34,747 nt of DNA from an uncultured Clostridia bacterium (GCA_946541285.1 CAMNJG010000001.1:1-34747), one strand, 5' to 3'. Shown: positions 9,010 to 16,999, numbered from the stretch's first letter. The notes: generated from the letters alone by a model not told the origin. Numbers and translations are program-made.

Positions 9010-10475
9010 TACGCCAGACTCCCTTCCATTTCAAGTTTGATCAGATTATTCATCTCCGCGGCGTACTCCAGCGGCAGCTCCTTGCTGATCGGATTCGCGA
9101 ATCCGGACACAATCATGGCACGGGCTTCGTCTTCTGAAATCCCGCGGCTCATGAGATAGAATACCGCTTCATCTGAAATACTGCCGATTTTTGCTTCATG
9201 TCCGATATCACAGTCTTCTGTGCAGACATCCATCTCCGGAATAGTATCAGAGCGGGAGATGTCATCCAGCATCAGACTCTGGCAGTCTACCGAGGACTTG
9301 GATCTCCTGGCGCTCGGCCGGATCTCCACCGCGCTGCGGAAGGTCCCGATGCCACCGTCCTTGGAAAGGGATTTGGTCGTCACGAGGGAAGAAGTTTCCT
9401 CTCCGATATGGACCATACGGCAGCCGGTATCCAGGTCCTGGCCTTTTCCTGAGAAGGTGATCCCGGTGTATTCGCAGTCCGCTCCTTTTCCCTTGAGGAT
9501 CGTCGTCGGGTACAGATAGGATACATGGGATCCGAAGGAACCGGAAACCCATTCCATTCTGCCGCCCTCCTCTACGATGGCCCTCTTGGTATTGAGGTTG
9601 TACATATTTTTGGACCAGTTCTCGATGGTTGAGTAACGGAGCCGCGCGTTTTTCTTGACATACAGCTCTACACAGCCCGCGTGGAGGTTCGCGACATTCC
9701 ACTTCGGGGCGGAACAGCCCTCGATAAAATGAAGATCCGCGTCTTCCTCAACGATAATGAGTGTGTGCTCGAACTGGCCCGCGCCCTTCGCGTTGAGACG
9801 GAAATAGGACTGCAGCGGGATGTCCACCTTGACACCCTTCGGTACATACACGAAGGATCCCCCGGACCATACCGCGCCGTGCAGCGCCGCGAACTTATGG
9901 TCTGTCGGCGGCACCAGCTTCATGAAATAGTCCTGGATCATCTGGGCGTACTCGCCTCTCATGGCAGATTCGAGATCCGAATAAATGACTCCGTGCTCCG
10001 CCACAAAATCCTGCAGATGATGATAAACCAGTTCGGAATCATACTGTGCTCCCACACCGGCCAGGTACTTGTGCTCCGCCTGCGGGATGCCCAGTTTATC
10101 AAATGTGGATTTGATCTCTTCCGGTACATCTTCCCAGCTGGCTTTCATATCGGTCTTCGGGCGGACATAAGTGACAATATTGTCCATATTCAGGCCGTCG
10201 ATCGGTGGTCCCCAGTCCGGCACCCGCATCTGGTTGTAAATCTCCAGTGATTTTAAACGGAACTCATGCATCCATTCCGGATCGTTTTTTTCCTTTGAAA
10301 TCTGGTCGACGATCTCTCTGGTCAGACCTTCGTCCACTTTATAGTAATCCGTACCTTCATCCCTGAAATTGTAGAGGGAACGGTTGGTTCCTTCGAGATA
10401 GGCATTGATATCGTCAGTGCTGGTATCTATCGGAGGATCGTAATGTACCGCACTGTCTTTTACAGCGTCATTCAT
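9009..10475 (-). CDS. sufB: Fe-S cluster assembly protein SufB
   Basis: 488 aa. HEAKIGSISDEAVFYLMSRGISEDEA signature. Start abuts the sufC stop. Confidence 0.92.
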   Translation of the reverse strand: MNDAVKDSAVHYDPPIDTSTDDINAYLEGTNRSLYNFRDEGTDYYKVDEGLTREIVDQISKEKNDPEWMHEFRLKSLEIYNQMRVPDWGPPIDGLNMDNIVTYVRPKTDMKASWEDVPEEIKSTFDKLGIPQAEHKYLAGVGAQYDSELVYHHLQDFVAEHGVIYSDLESAMRGEYAQMIQDYFMKLVPPTDHKFAALHGAVWSGGSFVYVPKGVKVDIPLQSYFRLNAKGAGQFEHTLIIVEEDADLHFIEGCSAPKWNVANLHAGCVELYVKKNARLRYSTIENWSKNMYNLNTKRAIVEEGGRMEWVSGSFGSHVSYLYPTTILKGKGADCEYTGITFSGKGQDLDTGCRMVHIGEETSSLVTTKSLSKDGGIGTFRSAVEIRPSARRSKSSVDCQSLMLDDISRSDTIPEMDVCTEDCDIGHEAKIGSISDEAVFYLMSRGISEDEARAMIVSGFANPISKELPLEYAAEMNNLIKLEMEGSLA

Positions 10476-11231
10476 TTACTTCGCAGCCTCCTCAATAAAT
10501 TTTTCAAATCCGTTTCTGCTGATCTCTTCTATCAGTTCCGGGCCTCCGGTCTGTACCAGGGATCCTCTGACCAGGATATGGGTGTAGTCTACCTTGAGGG
10601 CTTCCAGAATCTTCGCGTTGTGGGTAATGATCAGGAGGGCGCCGTCTGTCTGTTTCTGGTATTCTTCAATCCCCTTGGACACGGTACGTACCGCGTCTAC
10701 GTCCAGGCCGGAATCTGTCTCGTCAAGGATGGCGAATTTCGGGGAAAGCATCAGCATCTGCAGGATCTCCGCTTTCTTTTTTTCACCACCGGAAAATCCG
10801 ACATTGAGATCTCTCTCCGCGTATACCGGATCCATCTCCAGGAGCTTCATCGTCTCCTCCAGTTTTTTCTTGAACTGCAGGAGCTTCATCTGCTTTTCCG
10901 ACACCTGGCGCATGCCGTTCCTGATAAAACTCTCCAGGGATATGCCAGGAACTTCGAGTGGATTCTGGAAGGACATGAACATTCCGGCTCTGGCTCTTTT
11001 ATCAGTAGTGAGCTTTGTGATATCCTCACCATTGAAAAGAATCTGGCCATCCAGCACCTGATACACCGGATTTCCCATGATCGCGTTGCCGAGGGTTGAT
11101 TTTCCTGCCCCGTTCGGCCCCATGAGGACGTGGGTTTCACCTGCGTTGATCGTTAAATCCACATCGTGAAGGATCTGCCCGTCTTCAATCCCGACGGACA
11201 AACCCTTTACCTGAAGTAAAGAATCCGACAT
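10476..11231 (-). CDS. sufC: Fe-S cluster assembly ATPase SufC
   Basis: 251 aa. Walker A GPNGAGKST, signature FSGGEKKK, Walker B AILDETDSGLDVD. Confidence 0.92.
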   Translation of the reverse strand: MSDSLLQVKGLSVGIEDGQILHDVDLTINAGETHVLMGPNGAGKSTLGNAIMGNPVYQVLDGQILFNGEDITKLTTDKRARAGMFMSFQNPLEVPGISLESFIRNGMRQVSEKQMKLLQFKKKLEETMKLLEMDPVYAERDLNVGFSGGEKKKAEILQMLMLSPKFAILDETDSGLDVDAVRTVSKGIEEYQKQTDGALLIITHNAKILEALKVDYTHILVRGSLVQTGGPELIEEISRNGFEKFIEEAAK

Positions 11232-11367
11232 CTATTTTACCTGCCTTTCACTTAGCAATAATGATTTGTCTTAGCGTTTTCGATTATCCTTATATAAATT
11301 ACCGTAAAATCTGCAAATGTCAATAACTAATGCAAATCCTGACGGAGATATACGGATTTTCCCATAA

Positions 11368-11523
11368 TAAAAACAGGAAATTAAGAGTCCTGCCGCTCCG
11401 GATCATCTGCGTATCCGGCCCACGCCCGCCAGACGCGTGGATTCCCGTCGTCTGCCACCGGAAATACGGCTCCTGAACGCTGCTTCGCAGACTTTTCCTT
11501 ACCTATGTATTTACCCACAGGGA
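11368..11523 (-). ncRNA. Candidate small structured RNA (~155 nt) or long suf leader; identity unknown, 6S-like at best
   Basis: Begins ~7 nt after an extended -10 (TGGTATAAT). The 5' AGUCC pairs with the 3' GGACU. Internal stems include CAGACG/CGUCUG and GUAU-CCGG/CCGGAUAC. It ends in GCAGGA-N9-UCCUGU plus UUUUAUU. The only ORF here (73 aa) has no RBS. Confidence 0.35.
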
Positions 11524-11528
11524 CTTTG

Positions 11529-11537
11529 ATTATACCA
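11529..11537 (-). promoter_or_regulatory. Extended -10 promoter element TGGTATAAT
   Basis: The reverse complement of 11529-11537 is TGGTATAAT. The -35 is poor, which is usual for extended -10 promoters. Confidence 0.5.
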
Positions 11538-11582
11538 TACAAATTGGCGTTCGTTTCCCATAGAATAAAGATATATTCCCGT

Positions 11583-12956
11583 TTATTCTGTTTCCGGGTC
11601 AAAAGATCCCCGGAGATAGCGGTACCTGCGGTTCATCCGGAAAATAAAGAACCAGGAAAAGACACAGGAGGCCGTTTCCGCGACGGTCACCGATCCCCAG
11701 ATTCCGTTGATCCCGAGAAATGCCGGCAGCAGGATCACCGCGCCCATCTCAAACACCATCGTCCGCATAAAGGAAATGACTGCTGAAATCCGCCCGTCAT
11801 TGAGTGATGTGAAAAAGGAGGAAGCGAACATATTCCCTCCCGCCAGCAGAAAGCTGAAAAGATAAATCCGGAAAGCCAGGACCGTCATTTCCACCAGCCG
11901 GGCATCATAGCCGACAAACAGCAGCGCGATGGGACGTGTCAGCAGCTGTGCCAGCAGGAACATCAGCAATCCACCAATGTACTCCAGCGTAAACCCTTTC
12001 CTCAGCAGACTGTTTAATTCGCTGTGGTGACCCGCTCCATAGTGAAAGCCTGCGATGGGCGCTGCGCCAAAGGTATAGCCATATAATACGCCGGTAAAGA
12101 TAAACTGGACATACATCAGGACCCCGTAAACGGCAACGCCATCCGCGCCTGTATATCGCATCAGCTGAAGGTTGTAGACCATACTGACCAGGGACATGGA
12201 CACCATGGTCATCAGCTCCGAAACACCGTTGAAACAGGCTTTCCGGACAGGCGCGAACTCCAGGCGGCACGGGCGGAAACGCAGCAGGCTGTCGTTGGGA
12301 CGGCAGAAATACACAAACGGAAGGATGCCGCCCACCACCTGGGAAAGATCGGTCGCGACAGCCGCTCCGGCAATCCCCAGATCCAGAAGTCCCACGAAGA
12401 CAGCATCCAGCACCATATTGGTCACACCGGCCGCGACCATGATCCGCAGTCCCAGGCGCGGTTTCTCCGCCGCGGTCAGGAACGACTGGAACAGATACTG
12501 CATCTGCAGTGCCGGCAGGAACAGGATACAGATTCTCCCATAAAGGATACAGTCCTCCAGGATCGTCTCATCCGCCCCCAGCAGCAGTGAAATTTCTTTC
12601 ATCCACAGAAAACCGGGCACTGCGAAAACGACAGAGGACAGAAGCGCGATCTCCACCATCATGGAAAAATAGCGGTTCGCTTCCTCCTGCCTGTTTTCTC
12701 CCAGCGTTTTGGCGACCAGGGCGGTACCGCCGGTGCCGAACATCGTGCCGACGCCTCCCAGGATCATCAGAGCCGGAACGACCAGATTGACTGCCGCGAA
12801 GGCGTTTTTACCGACAAAGTTGGAAACGAACAGCCCGTCCACGATGTCATACATGGAAGAAAAAACCATCATCACGATGGTCGGGAAACAAAACCGAAGC
12901 AGTTTTCTGTAAGTGAAATGTTCCGACAGCTGGATTCTGTTGCTTTTTTCTGACAT
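11583..12956 (-). CDS. MATE family efflux transporter
   Basis: 457 aa and about 12 hydrophobic segments. N-terminal FTYRKLLRFCFPTI..FSSMYDIVDGLFVSNFVG is typical of MATE/DinF-NorM proteins. Strong GGAAGGAGG RBS. Confidence 0.8.
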   Translation of the reverse strand: MSEKSNRIQLSEHFTYRKLLRFCFPTIVMMVFSSMYDIVDGLFVSNFVGKNAFAAVNLVVPALMILGGVGTMFGTGGTALVAKTLGENRQEEANRYFSMMVEIALLSSVVFAVPGFLWMKEISLLLGADETILEDCILYGRICILFLPALQMQYLFQSFLTAAEKPRLGLRIMVAAGVTNMVLDAVFVGLLDLGIAGAAVATDLSQVVGGILPFVYFCRPNDSLLRFRPCRLEFAPVRKACFNGVSELMTMVSMSLVSMVYNLQLMRYTGADGVAVYGVLMYVQFIFTGVLYGYTFGAAPIAGFHYGAGHHSELNSLLRKGFTLEYIGGLLMFLLAQLLTRPIALLFVGYDARLVEMTVLAFRIYLFSFLLAGGNMFASSFFTSLNDGRISAVISFMRTMVFEMGAVILLPAFLGINGIWGSVTVAETASCVFSWFFIFRMNRRYRYLRGSFDPETE

Positions 12957-13000
12957 GCTTCCTCCTTCCGTCTTCCTGTGTTATTTCTTCCGGGATGTTA

Positions 13001-13026
13001 GGAACTGTAGTTTAATAAATCATACA
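13001..13026 (+). repeat. 26-bp repeat copy 1 (GGAACTGTAGTTTAATAAATCATACA), inverted partner at 16971-16996
   Basis: Perfect 26/26 reverse-complement match to 16971-16996. Similarity extends to about 34 bp with 2 mismatches. Lies 44 nt upstream of the MATE start codon. Confidence 0.9.
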
Positions 13027-13028
13027 TT

Positions 13029-13200
13029 TCACTTGCCTCTTTTCCCGATTGCTGCGTCAAAAAGCCTCGCCGATGCCCGCATCGCCTGCGTTTTTTTCCT
13101 TTGAACACCTAACCCGACGAACACAGTGAGTCGCTGGTAGGTGTCATGCAACCGATTCCCCGAAGCGAAGCGAGGTTGGAATCGTCTGCTGCACTCGGAA
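13029..13200. repeat. Cluster of GC-rich hairpins in the MATE/thrH spacer
   Basis: A-run/CGATG-CCCG-CATCG/T7 (13062-13100). ACACCTA-N26-TAGGTGT (13105-13144). CGATTCC-CCGAAGCGAAGCGAGGTT-GGAATCG (13153-13184). Confidence 0.6.
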
Positions 13201-13224
13201 AAACATTCGGCGCAAAATGCACAA

Positions 13225-13243
13225 TTTATTTTCATACAGTTCC
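13225..13243 (-). repeat. Degenerate third copy of the 26-bp repeat terminus
   Basis: The reverse complement GGAACTGTATGAAAATAAA matches GGAACTGTAGTTTAATAAA (13001-13019) at 15/19. TTA is present on both outer flanks. Confidence 0.5.
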
Positions 13244-13380
13244 TTAACCGGCATTGTTTCCATAAGAATTCATCGAGTTTTCCGGTAAAACCATGTATAA
13301 TGTATATACTAAATTTTTATGCAGCATGGAGGAATGCAGGCTCTGCCCGTGTTTCCTCCGGAAATTCAGGAGGACTATTG

Positions 13381-13986
13381 ATGTTCATTACATGCTTTGA
13401 TCTGGAAGGTGTACTCGTACCGGAAATCTGGATCGCGTTCGCGGAAGCAACAGGAATCCCGGAACTCAAACGCACCACCAGGGATGAGCCGGATTATGAC
13501 AAACTCATGAACTACCGGCTTGATATATTAAAAGAGCACGGCCTGGGACTGAAGGAAATCCAGGAAACCATCGCCGGGATCGATCCGTTCCCGGGAGCAA
13601 AGGCATTCCTCGATGAACTCAGGGAGATCACGCAGGTGCTCATACTGAGCGACACGTTCATTCAGTTCGCGGGGCCGCTCATGAAAAAACTCGGCTGGCC
13701 GACAATCTTCTGCAACAGTCTGGAGGTCGCGGAAGACGGTACGATCACCGGTTATAAAATGCGGGTGGAAAAATCAAAATACACCACTGTGAAAGCGCTG
13801 CAGTCCATCGGCTATGACACGATCGCTTCCGGGGACAGCTACAATGACCTGGGCATGATCAAAGCCAGTAAGGCCGGTTTCCTGTTCCGCAGTCCGGATT
13901 CCATCAGAGCGGAAAATCCTGACATTCCGGCATACGAGGATTACGCTGACCTGCTGGCAGCCATCAAAGGGGTGCTTTCCGAATGA
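13381..13986 (+). CDS. thrH: ThrH-type HAD phosphoserine phosphatase / phosphotransferase
   Basis: Alignable by eye along its full length to Pseudomonas ThrH (CFDLEGVLVPEIWIAFAE, ILSDTF, GDSYNDLGM). AGGAGG RBS 7 nt before the ATG at 13381. The track ORF start at 13141 is a spurious extension through repeats. Confidence 0.85.
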   Translation: MFITCFDLEGVLVPEIWIAFAEATGIPELKRTTRDEPDYDKLMNYRLDILKEHGLGLKEIQETIAGIDPFPGAKAFLDELREITQVLILSDTFIQFAGPLMKKLGWPTIFCNSLEVAEDGTITGYKMRVEKSKYTTVKALQSIGYDTIASGDSYNDLGMIKASKAGFLFRSPDSIRAENPDIPAYEDYADLLAAIKGVLSE

Positions 13987-14672
13987 CCGGAAAAGGTATC
14001 CTGTACGGCGTCGGAACCGGTCCGGGAGATCCGGAGCTTCTGACACTCAAGGCGATCCGGATCATTAAAGAAGCCGATGTCATCGCGGTTCCCAATGAGA
14101 TCCCGGAAAACAGCATTCCTTACCGCACAGTGGCAGCCGTTTATCCGGAGTTGGCTTCAAAGGAAATCCTTCCGGTGCCTTTTCTCATGGAACCGGACCA
14201 GGAGGCCCGCCAGGCCGTCAGAGAAGAAAACGCGGACAGAATCGCGGCGATACTGGACCAGGGCCGGAGTGTCGCGTTCCTGACCATCGGGGATCCTTCG
14301 ATCTATACCACTTATTCCTATGTCTTTGCCATCCTGGCTCCGAGGGGATATACCTGTGAAATGATCAGCGGAGTGCCTTCTTTCTGCGGAGCCTCTGCCC
14401 GGCTCAATACCACCCTCTGCGGAGGCAATGAGCGCCTGGAGATCATCCCCGGCGGTATGGGAGGAGACGCGGGTTCCACACAGATCTACATGAAGTATGA
14501 ATCCCGCTTCCCGGAACTGATCAGGGAACTGAAAGCCCGCGGAGAAAAACCGATGGTAATCGAGAACTGCTGTCTGGAGGGAGAACGGGCTTTTCCTGAC
14601 GCAGACCATCTCCCGGAGGATATCGGATATTTCAATATCGTCATCTCCCGCAGCAGGGATACAGAGCGATAA
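13983..14672 (+). CDS. cbiL: Precorrin-2 / cobalt-factor II C20-methyltransferase
   Basis: 229 aa. GVGTGPGDPELLTLKA tetrapyrrole-methylase motif and LTIGDPSIYTTY. ATGA overlap with the thrH stop. Confidence 0.8.
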   Translation: MTGKGILYGVGTGPGDPELLTLKAIRIIKEADVIAVPNEIPENSIPYRTVAAVYPELASKEILPVPFLMEPDQEARQAVREENADRIAAILDQGRSVAFLTIGDPSIYTTYSYVFAILAPRGYTCEMISGVPSFCGASARLNTTLCGGNERLEIIPGGMGGDAGSTQIYMKYESRFPELIRELKARGEKPMVIENCCLEGERAFPDADHLPEDIGYFNIVISRSRDTER

Positions 14673-14715
14673 CGCCAGCGTCATCCGGTTTCTGGCGCGA
14701 CCAGCACCCTGAACG

Positions 14716-14771
14716 AAAAACGGACAGCCTGAGCCATGGGAGCATCTCCTGACTCAGGCTGTTTTGTTTTT
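14716..14771. terminator. Bidirectional terminator between convergent cbiL and the deacetylase gene
   Basis: AAAAA-ACAGCCTGAG-N19-CTCAGGCTGT-TTTGTTTTT. 10-bp perfect stem with an A-run on one side and a T-run on the other. Confidence 0.8.
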
Positions 14772-14845
14772 GAGTACTCTGGATTCATCGGATTCCGGAT
14801 CCCCGGCTCACACCAGGCAGCCATCAGCGATGATTCCGCGTTTCC

Positions 14846-16189
14846 CTAATTGTTGATCTTCTGATGCGCCGCGAAGAATCCGTTCTGGAGACAGTCGAAA
14901 CTGTATCCGCGGGAAAGCGCCCACTGCAGGAACGGCTCTACCGCGTTCATCGTGTATTCGTGGGTATCATGGCACAGGATGATGGACCGGCCGTTTTTCT
15001 CCACACCGGCTTTCATGCGTTCCACCATGACCGAGCTGTCTTTGGTTTCCCCGGCATCCCCGCTCATGACATTCCAGTCAAAATACCAGTAGCCCTGGAC
15101 CGTCGCTTCGTTGGCCAGCCGGGTCATGATCCCCGGGCAGTATTTTTTACTGACCGTATTGGAGCCGCCTCCCGGGAAACGCATGATCGTAGTCCGTTTC
15201 CCCGTCTGCTGCTCGATGATATCGTTCATGGCGTTGAAATCATCCCAGAACGCCTGATCATTGCTGTAAATCTGATCATATTTGTGGGTATAGGAATGCA
15301 CGCCTACTGCATGACCATGTTCGGCCTCTTTTTTGATCAGGTTCAGGTAATTTTTATCGTAGGCTGTCGCCGTCACGAAAAAGGTCGCTTTGACCTGATA
15401 TTTGTCCAGGATGGACAGAATCTGATCGGTATACTGACCCGGGCCGTCATCAAAAGTCAGATAAATGATTTTTTCGTCCGGATTGAGCTCCCTGAGTTTC
15501 GGCACCGGGAATTTTTTCACGGTCACCAGACGTTCCGCCATGGTAATGTGGCCGTCTTTATCCGCGACAGAATAGCCCAGCATATACGTACCCGGCTTAT
15601 CTTTATCCACCGATCCCGTAACCTTTACCCGGTCTGTAATATAGCCCTCTTTTTCATCTGTCGCGACATATCCATCATAAAAACCAAAGGCGTCAAAAAC
15701 GGTCGTGTTTTTCCCTCCGTAGAGTCCGATGACCGGCGCGTTTTTTTCGCTGCTGAACGTATCGTACATACTGGCTTTTCTGGCATCCACCAGATTATCC
15801 ATTACTTTGACCGTTCTTTTCTTACTGATGGAATTCCCAAAATATTTTGCCCGGTAGGTAATCGTGTATGTTCCGGGCTTTTTGGTGTCCACCTCCCCTT
15901 CCTGACTGACAGAAAGGGTTCTGACGACACCGGTCCGGTCGTTTCTGCACTTCGCGGTGCAGCCTTTCTCTACGTATTTATCTCCCTGATACAGTGTCAG
16001 CTCCTGCGATCCTTTCACTTTCATGCTGAGTGTCCACCGGGAGGGAGACATCAGATGGAGGTACATCAGGCCAAGTACAGCCAGGATGACCAGGATGATG
16101 ACAATCGCCCGCAGATTGCGGACTTTTTTCACCTCGCTCATGACCGGAGCTTCTGTTTCCTGTATGGTTTCTTTTTCTGTTTCACTCAT
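14846..16189 (-). CDS. Membrane-anchored polysaccharide deacetylase (NodB domain) with Ig-like repeats
   Basis: 447 aa. N-terminal TM. Two PGTYxxxY Ig-like segments. NodB motifs LTFDDGPG and GVHSYTH. The RBS is weak, so the start is less certain. Confidence 0.8.
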   Translation of the reverse strand: MSETEKETIQETEAPVMSEVKKVRNLRAIVIILVILAVLGLMYLHLMSPSRWTLSMKVKGSQELTLYQGDKYVEKGCTAKCRNDRTGVVRTLSVSQEGEVDTKKPGTYTITYRAKYFGNSISKKRTVKVMDNLVDARKASMYDTFSSEKNAPVIGLYGGKNTTVFDAFGFYDGYVATDEKEGYITDRVKVTGSVDKDKPGTYMLGYSVADKDGHITMAERLVTVKKFPVPKLRELNPDEKIIYLTFDDGPGQYTDQILSILDKYQVKATFFVTATAYDKNYLNLIKKEAEHGHAVGVHSYTHKYDQIYSNDQAFWDDFNAMNDIIEQQTGKRTTIMRFPGGGSNTVSKKYCPGIMTRLANEATVQGYWYFDWNVMSGDAGETKDSSVMVERMKAGVEKNGRSIILCHDTHEYTMNAVEPFLQWALSRGYSFDCLQNGFFAAHQKINN

Positions 16190-16233
16190 TATTCTTCAGA
16201 TCCCTGCGGATCTTCCTCTTTCTGTGCCTTTTT

Positions 16234-16842
16234 TCACACCTGCTCCGGATGTTCATCCAGGAAGCGGATCATGTTCAGAATCATTTCTACCGATCCGTCA
16301 ATGCCGAAGACACTGCTGTCCAGGGAGACGGTATAATTATCAACAGCGCCCCATTCCCTGTCTGTATAATAACGGTAATTTTTCCTTCTGTTCTTGTCTT
16401 CTTCCGCGATCGCTTTTGCCGGATCCGAAGTTTTGACACCGTACTGGTTGATAATCCGGTCAGCTCTGTCTGCCGGGTCAGCGTGGACAAACACATGGAT
16501 CGCGTCTTTTCTGTCCTTCAGGATGTAATCGGAGCAGCGTCCGACAATGATGCATGGACCTTCTTCCGCGAGTTCCAGGATGATTTTCCTCTGCATGGAC
16601 CAGAGATAATCCTCTGTGGTCATCCCATTGAAGGTCATCGAAGGATAGGTAATCGAAAAGAAACTGCTGTGCTTCTCTCCATGCTCCTGTACAAAGGATT
16701 CCGCGAAGCCGGTCCGTTCTGCCGCTTTCGCGATCAGTTCCTTATCATAAAACGCGTATCCCAGTTTCTCCGCGAGCATCTGGGCGATGGTCCTGCCGCC
16801 GCTGCCGAATTCTCTGCTGATTGTAATAATATTAATACTCAT
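16234..16842 (-). CDS. Cytidylate kinase-like family P-loop protein
   Basis: 202 aa. ITISREFGSGGRTIAQMLAEKLGYAFYDKELI is characteristic of this family. AGGAGG RBS. Confidence 0.75.
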   Translation of the reverse strand: MSINIITISREFGSGGRTIAQMLAEKLGYAFYDKELIAKAAERTGFAESFVQEHGEKHSSFFSITYPSMTFNGMTTEDYLWSMQRKIILELAEEGPCIIVGRCSDYILKDRKDAIHVFVHADPADRADRIINQYGVKTSDPAKAIAEEDKNRRKNYRYYTDREWGAVDNYTVSLDSSVFGIDGSVEMILNMIRFLDEHPEQV

Positions 16843-16906
16843 AAAACTGCGCCTCCTGACATCTGTGCTGTTTTATACTCTGATTCTTATCTATATTATA
16901 CAGACA

Positions 16907-16934
16907 ACCGGGGAAAGTGTCCACTTTCCCCGGT
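16907..16934 (-). terminator. Strong hairpin after the L,D-transpeptidase gene
   Basis: ACCGGGGAAAGTG/CACTTTCCCCGGT 12-13 bp stem. The minus-strand tail is TTGTCTGT and the plus-strand tail is CTTTTC. Confidence 0.6.
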
Positions 16935-16970
16935 CTTTTCACCAGTCCTGATGTTCTGTCAGTAAGGAAT

Positions 16971-16996
16971 TGTATGATTTATTAAACTACAGTTCC
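16971..16996 (-). repeat. 26-bp repeat copy 2 (inverted partner of 13001-13026)
   Basis: Perfect reverse complement of 13001-13026. Begins 4 nt after the stop codon (17000-17002) of the 752-aa gene. Confidence 0.9.
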
Positions 16997-16999
16997 AAA

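Noticed and set aside
11368-11523. SRP (4.5S/scRNA) or RNase P identity for the candidate small RNA
   Set aside because: It lacks the conserved domain IV GGAA/GNRA tetraloop with AGCA symmetric loop. It is far too short for RNase P and lacks GAGGAAAGUCCGGGC.
11381-11602. 73-aa minus-strand ORF covering the candidate small RNA
   Set aside because: It starts inside the MATE gene 3' end, has no RBS and spans a promoter.
13341-13351. 11-mer GGAATGCAGGC shared between the thrH leader and 34515-34525
   Set aside because: An 11-nt match is expected many times by chance in a 35-kb window read on both strands.
13141-13380. 80-aa N-terminal extension of the thrH ORF, and the 68-aa minus-strand ORF at 13029-13235
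   Set aside because: They run through the hairpin/repeat cluster and have no RBS. ThrH homology begins at the AGGAGG-preceded ATG at 13381.
14864-16336. 490-aa plus-strand ORF, and similar ones at 19586-21037, 21607-22386, 27920-28465 and 33499-34503
   Set aside because: All are antisense to motif-bearing minus-strand genes, have no RBS and have biased composition typical of shadow frames.
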